Part shown: positions 63,118-64,000 of the stretch, in pieces
Numbering within the stretch: the stretch's first letter is position 1
How the letters are laid out: each line of letters opens with the position of its first letter
Assembly: GCA_038496445.1 (NCBI GenBank)
Contig: JALMLS010000228.1
Span: 310,001-374,000 of the forward strand
Direction: 5' to 3'
DNA: 64,000 bases
From: Trichosphaerium sp. ATCC 40318
Taxonomy: Eukaryota; Protista; Tubulinea
Program-made: the position numbers and the translations under genes
The notes under the pieces: model-generated
The model's database searches: none
Seen by the model: only the letters and a program-made list of their open reading frames with translations
What the model was told of the DNA's origin: nothing

Positions 63118-64000
63118 ATGAACATAAAACCACTACTACTTTTCGTAGTAGTCTCGTTGGCTCTAGCAAGTAAGCCAGAAGACTGGAGAAAGATACGTGA
63201 GGCATTACCTCATGAATCTATCAAGTTTTGGGTTGGTTTACACCAACAAAACGTTGACGCCTTCCAAGTATGATAAATAAGACCAAATCCGCTTTTTTAG
63301 GCGTCACGTGATTGCTCATTTTCTTTTTTTCCGTTTTGTATCTTCAAGCGAATAACGTCTTTAGGCAAAAGTTTTGGACTTAGCTGACCCTTCATCTGTA
63401 AACTATTGTACGTTGCTGTGTTGTTCTAGCGATTTTAACCCATTTTAAGCTCAATGGATGTCTCAAACGGATATTATGGATATGATAAGACCAAACAAAG
63501 AACATCATGCTGCAGTATACGGATGGCTTTCACGTGTTGGTACGCAACGTTTTTCTTCATCTTAAATTTACGCGAAGCGCGTGAACCTTAACTTTCTCTT
63601 AGAAGGCATGAATATCGTTGATCTTGGTGATGCTTTTGAAGTTACAGCGAAAGCCAGTGCTGTTGGGAAACTATTCCAATGCACATTTTACCAATTCATT
63701 CATCTTCCTTCTGGTCACGTTGCTATCCGTCAAGAAGGTGGTGCTACAATCCCTGTAGAAGTTGCCGATTACATCGATATTGTTACAGGTTAGCAAAATT
63801 ATTTTGTTAAAAATGTCACGTGAGGTCACAAACTAACAACTTAAAAGGCCTTACTGGTTTTCCAATTATTATGCCAAAGAAGAACAGAGAATCAGTAAAC
63901 AAAGTCGACGCTGATGGAAAGTATGGATATATTGTACCTGAAGTTATAAGGAGATTATACAACATACCAACAGGCGAGGCAGCCACAAACCCAAAGAACA
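63118..64000 (+). CDS. Peptidase S53 (sedolisin / tripeptidyl-peptidase I / physarolisin-like), pro-domain exons; runs off window
   Basis: SP MNIKPLLLFVVVSLALA; FWVGLHQQNVD..|KVLDLADPSSVNY|.QWMSQTDI..AVYGWL; ATIPVEVADYIDIVTG|LTGFP; IVPEVIRRLYNIP. Confidence 0.88.

Overview
AT-rich, gene-dense, intron-rich eukaryotic nuclear DNA using the standard code (TAA, TAG and TGA all act as stops; most introns are about 40-150 nt). A Shk-type TKL-SH2 kinase, a Clu-domain/TPR protein, an S53 peptidase and a granulin suggest an amoeboid protist, most likely Amoebozoa (inference). I can support about 25 protein genes, several decayed gene fragments, a ~200-bp TA-flanked MITE and a foldback hairpin cluster. 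The best candidate for a new system is the gene at 17498-20662. One continuous reading frame joins a secreted reeler + Cys-rich module to a hydrophobic anchor and then a second, internal signal peptide. Predicted cleavage there (TQA|HNW) would expose an N-terminal His on an LPMO-like (histidine-brace) domain, suggesting a signal-peptidase-processed polyprotein. Other notable items: a putative mitochondrial PPR + linker-histone (H15)-like fusion, roughly 7-fold enrichment of CACGTG mainly in introns, frequent GC-AG introns, giant-virus-style F-box/MORN and F-box/LRR genes, and a decayed copy of the F-box/LRR gene 20 kb away. Gene models were spliced by eye, so coordinates span first to last codon and some ends are approximate.
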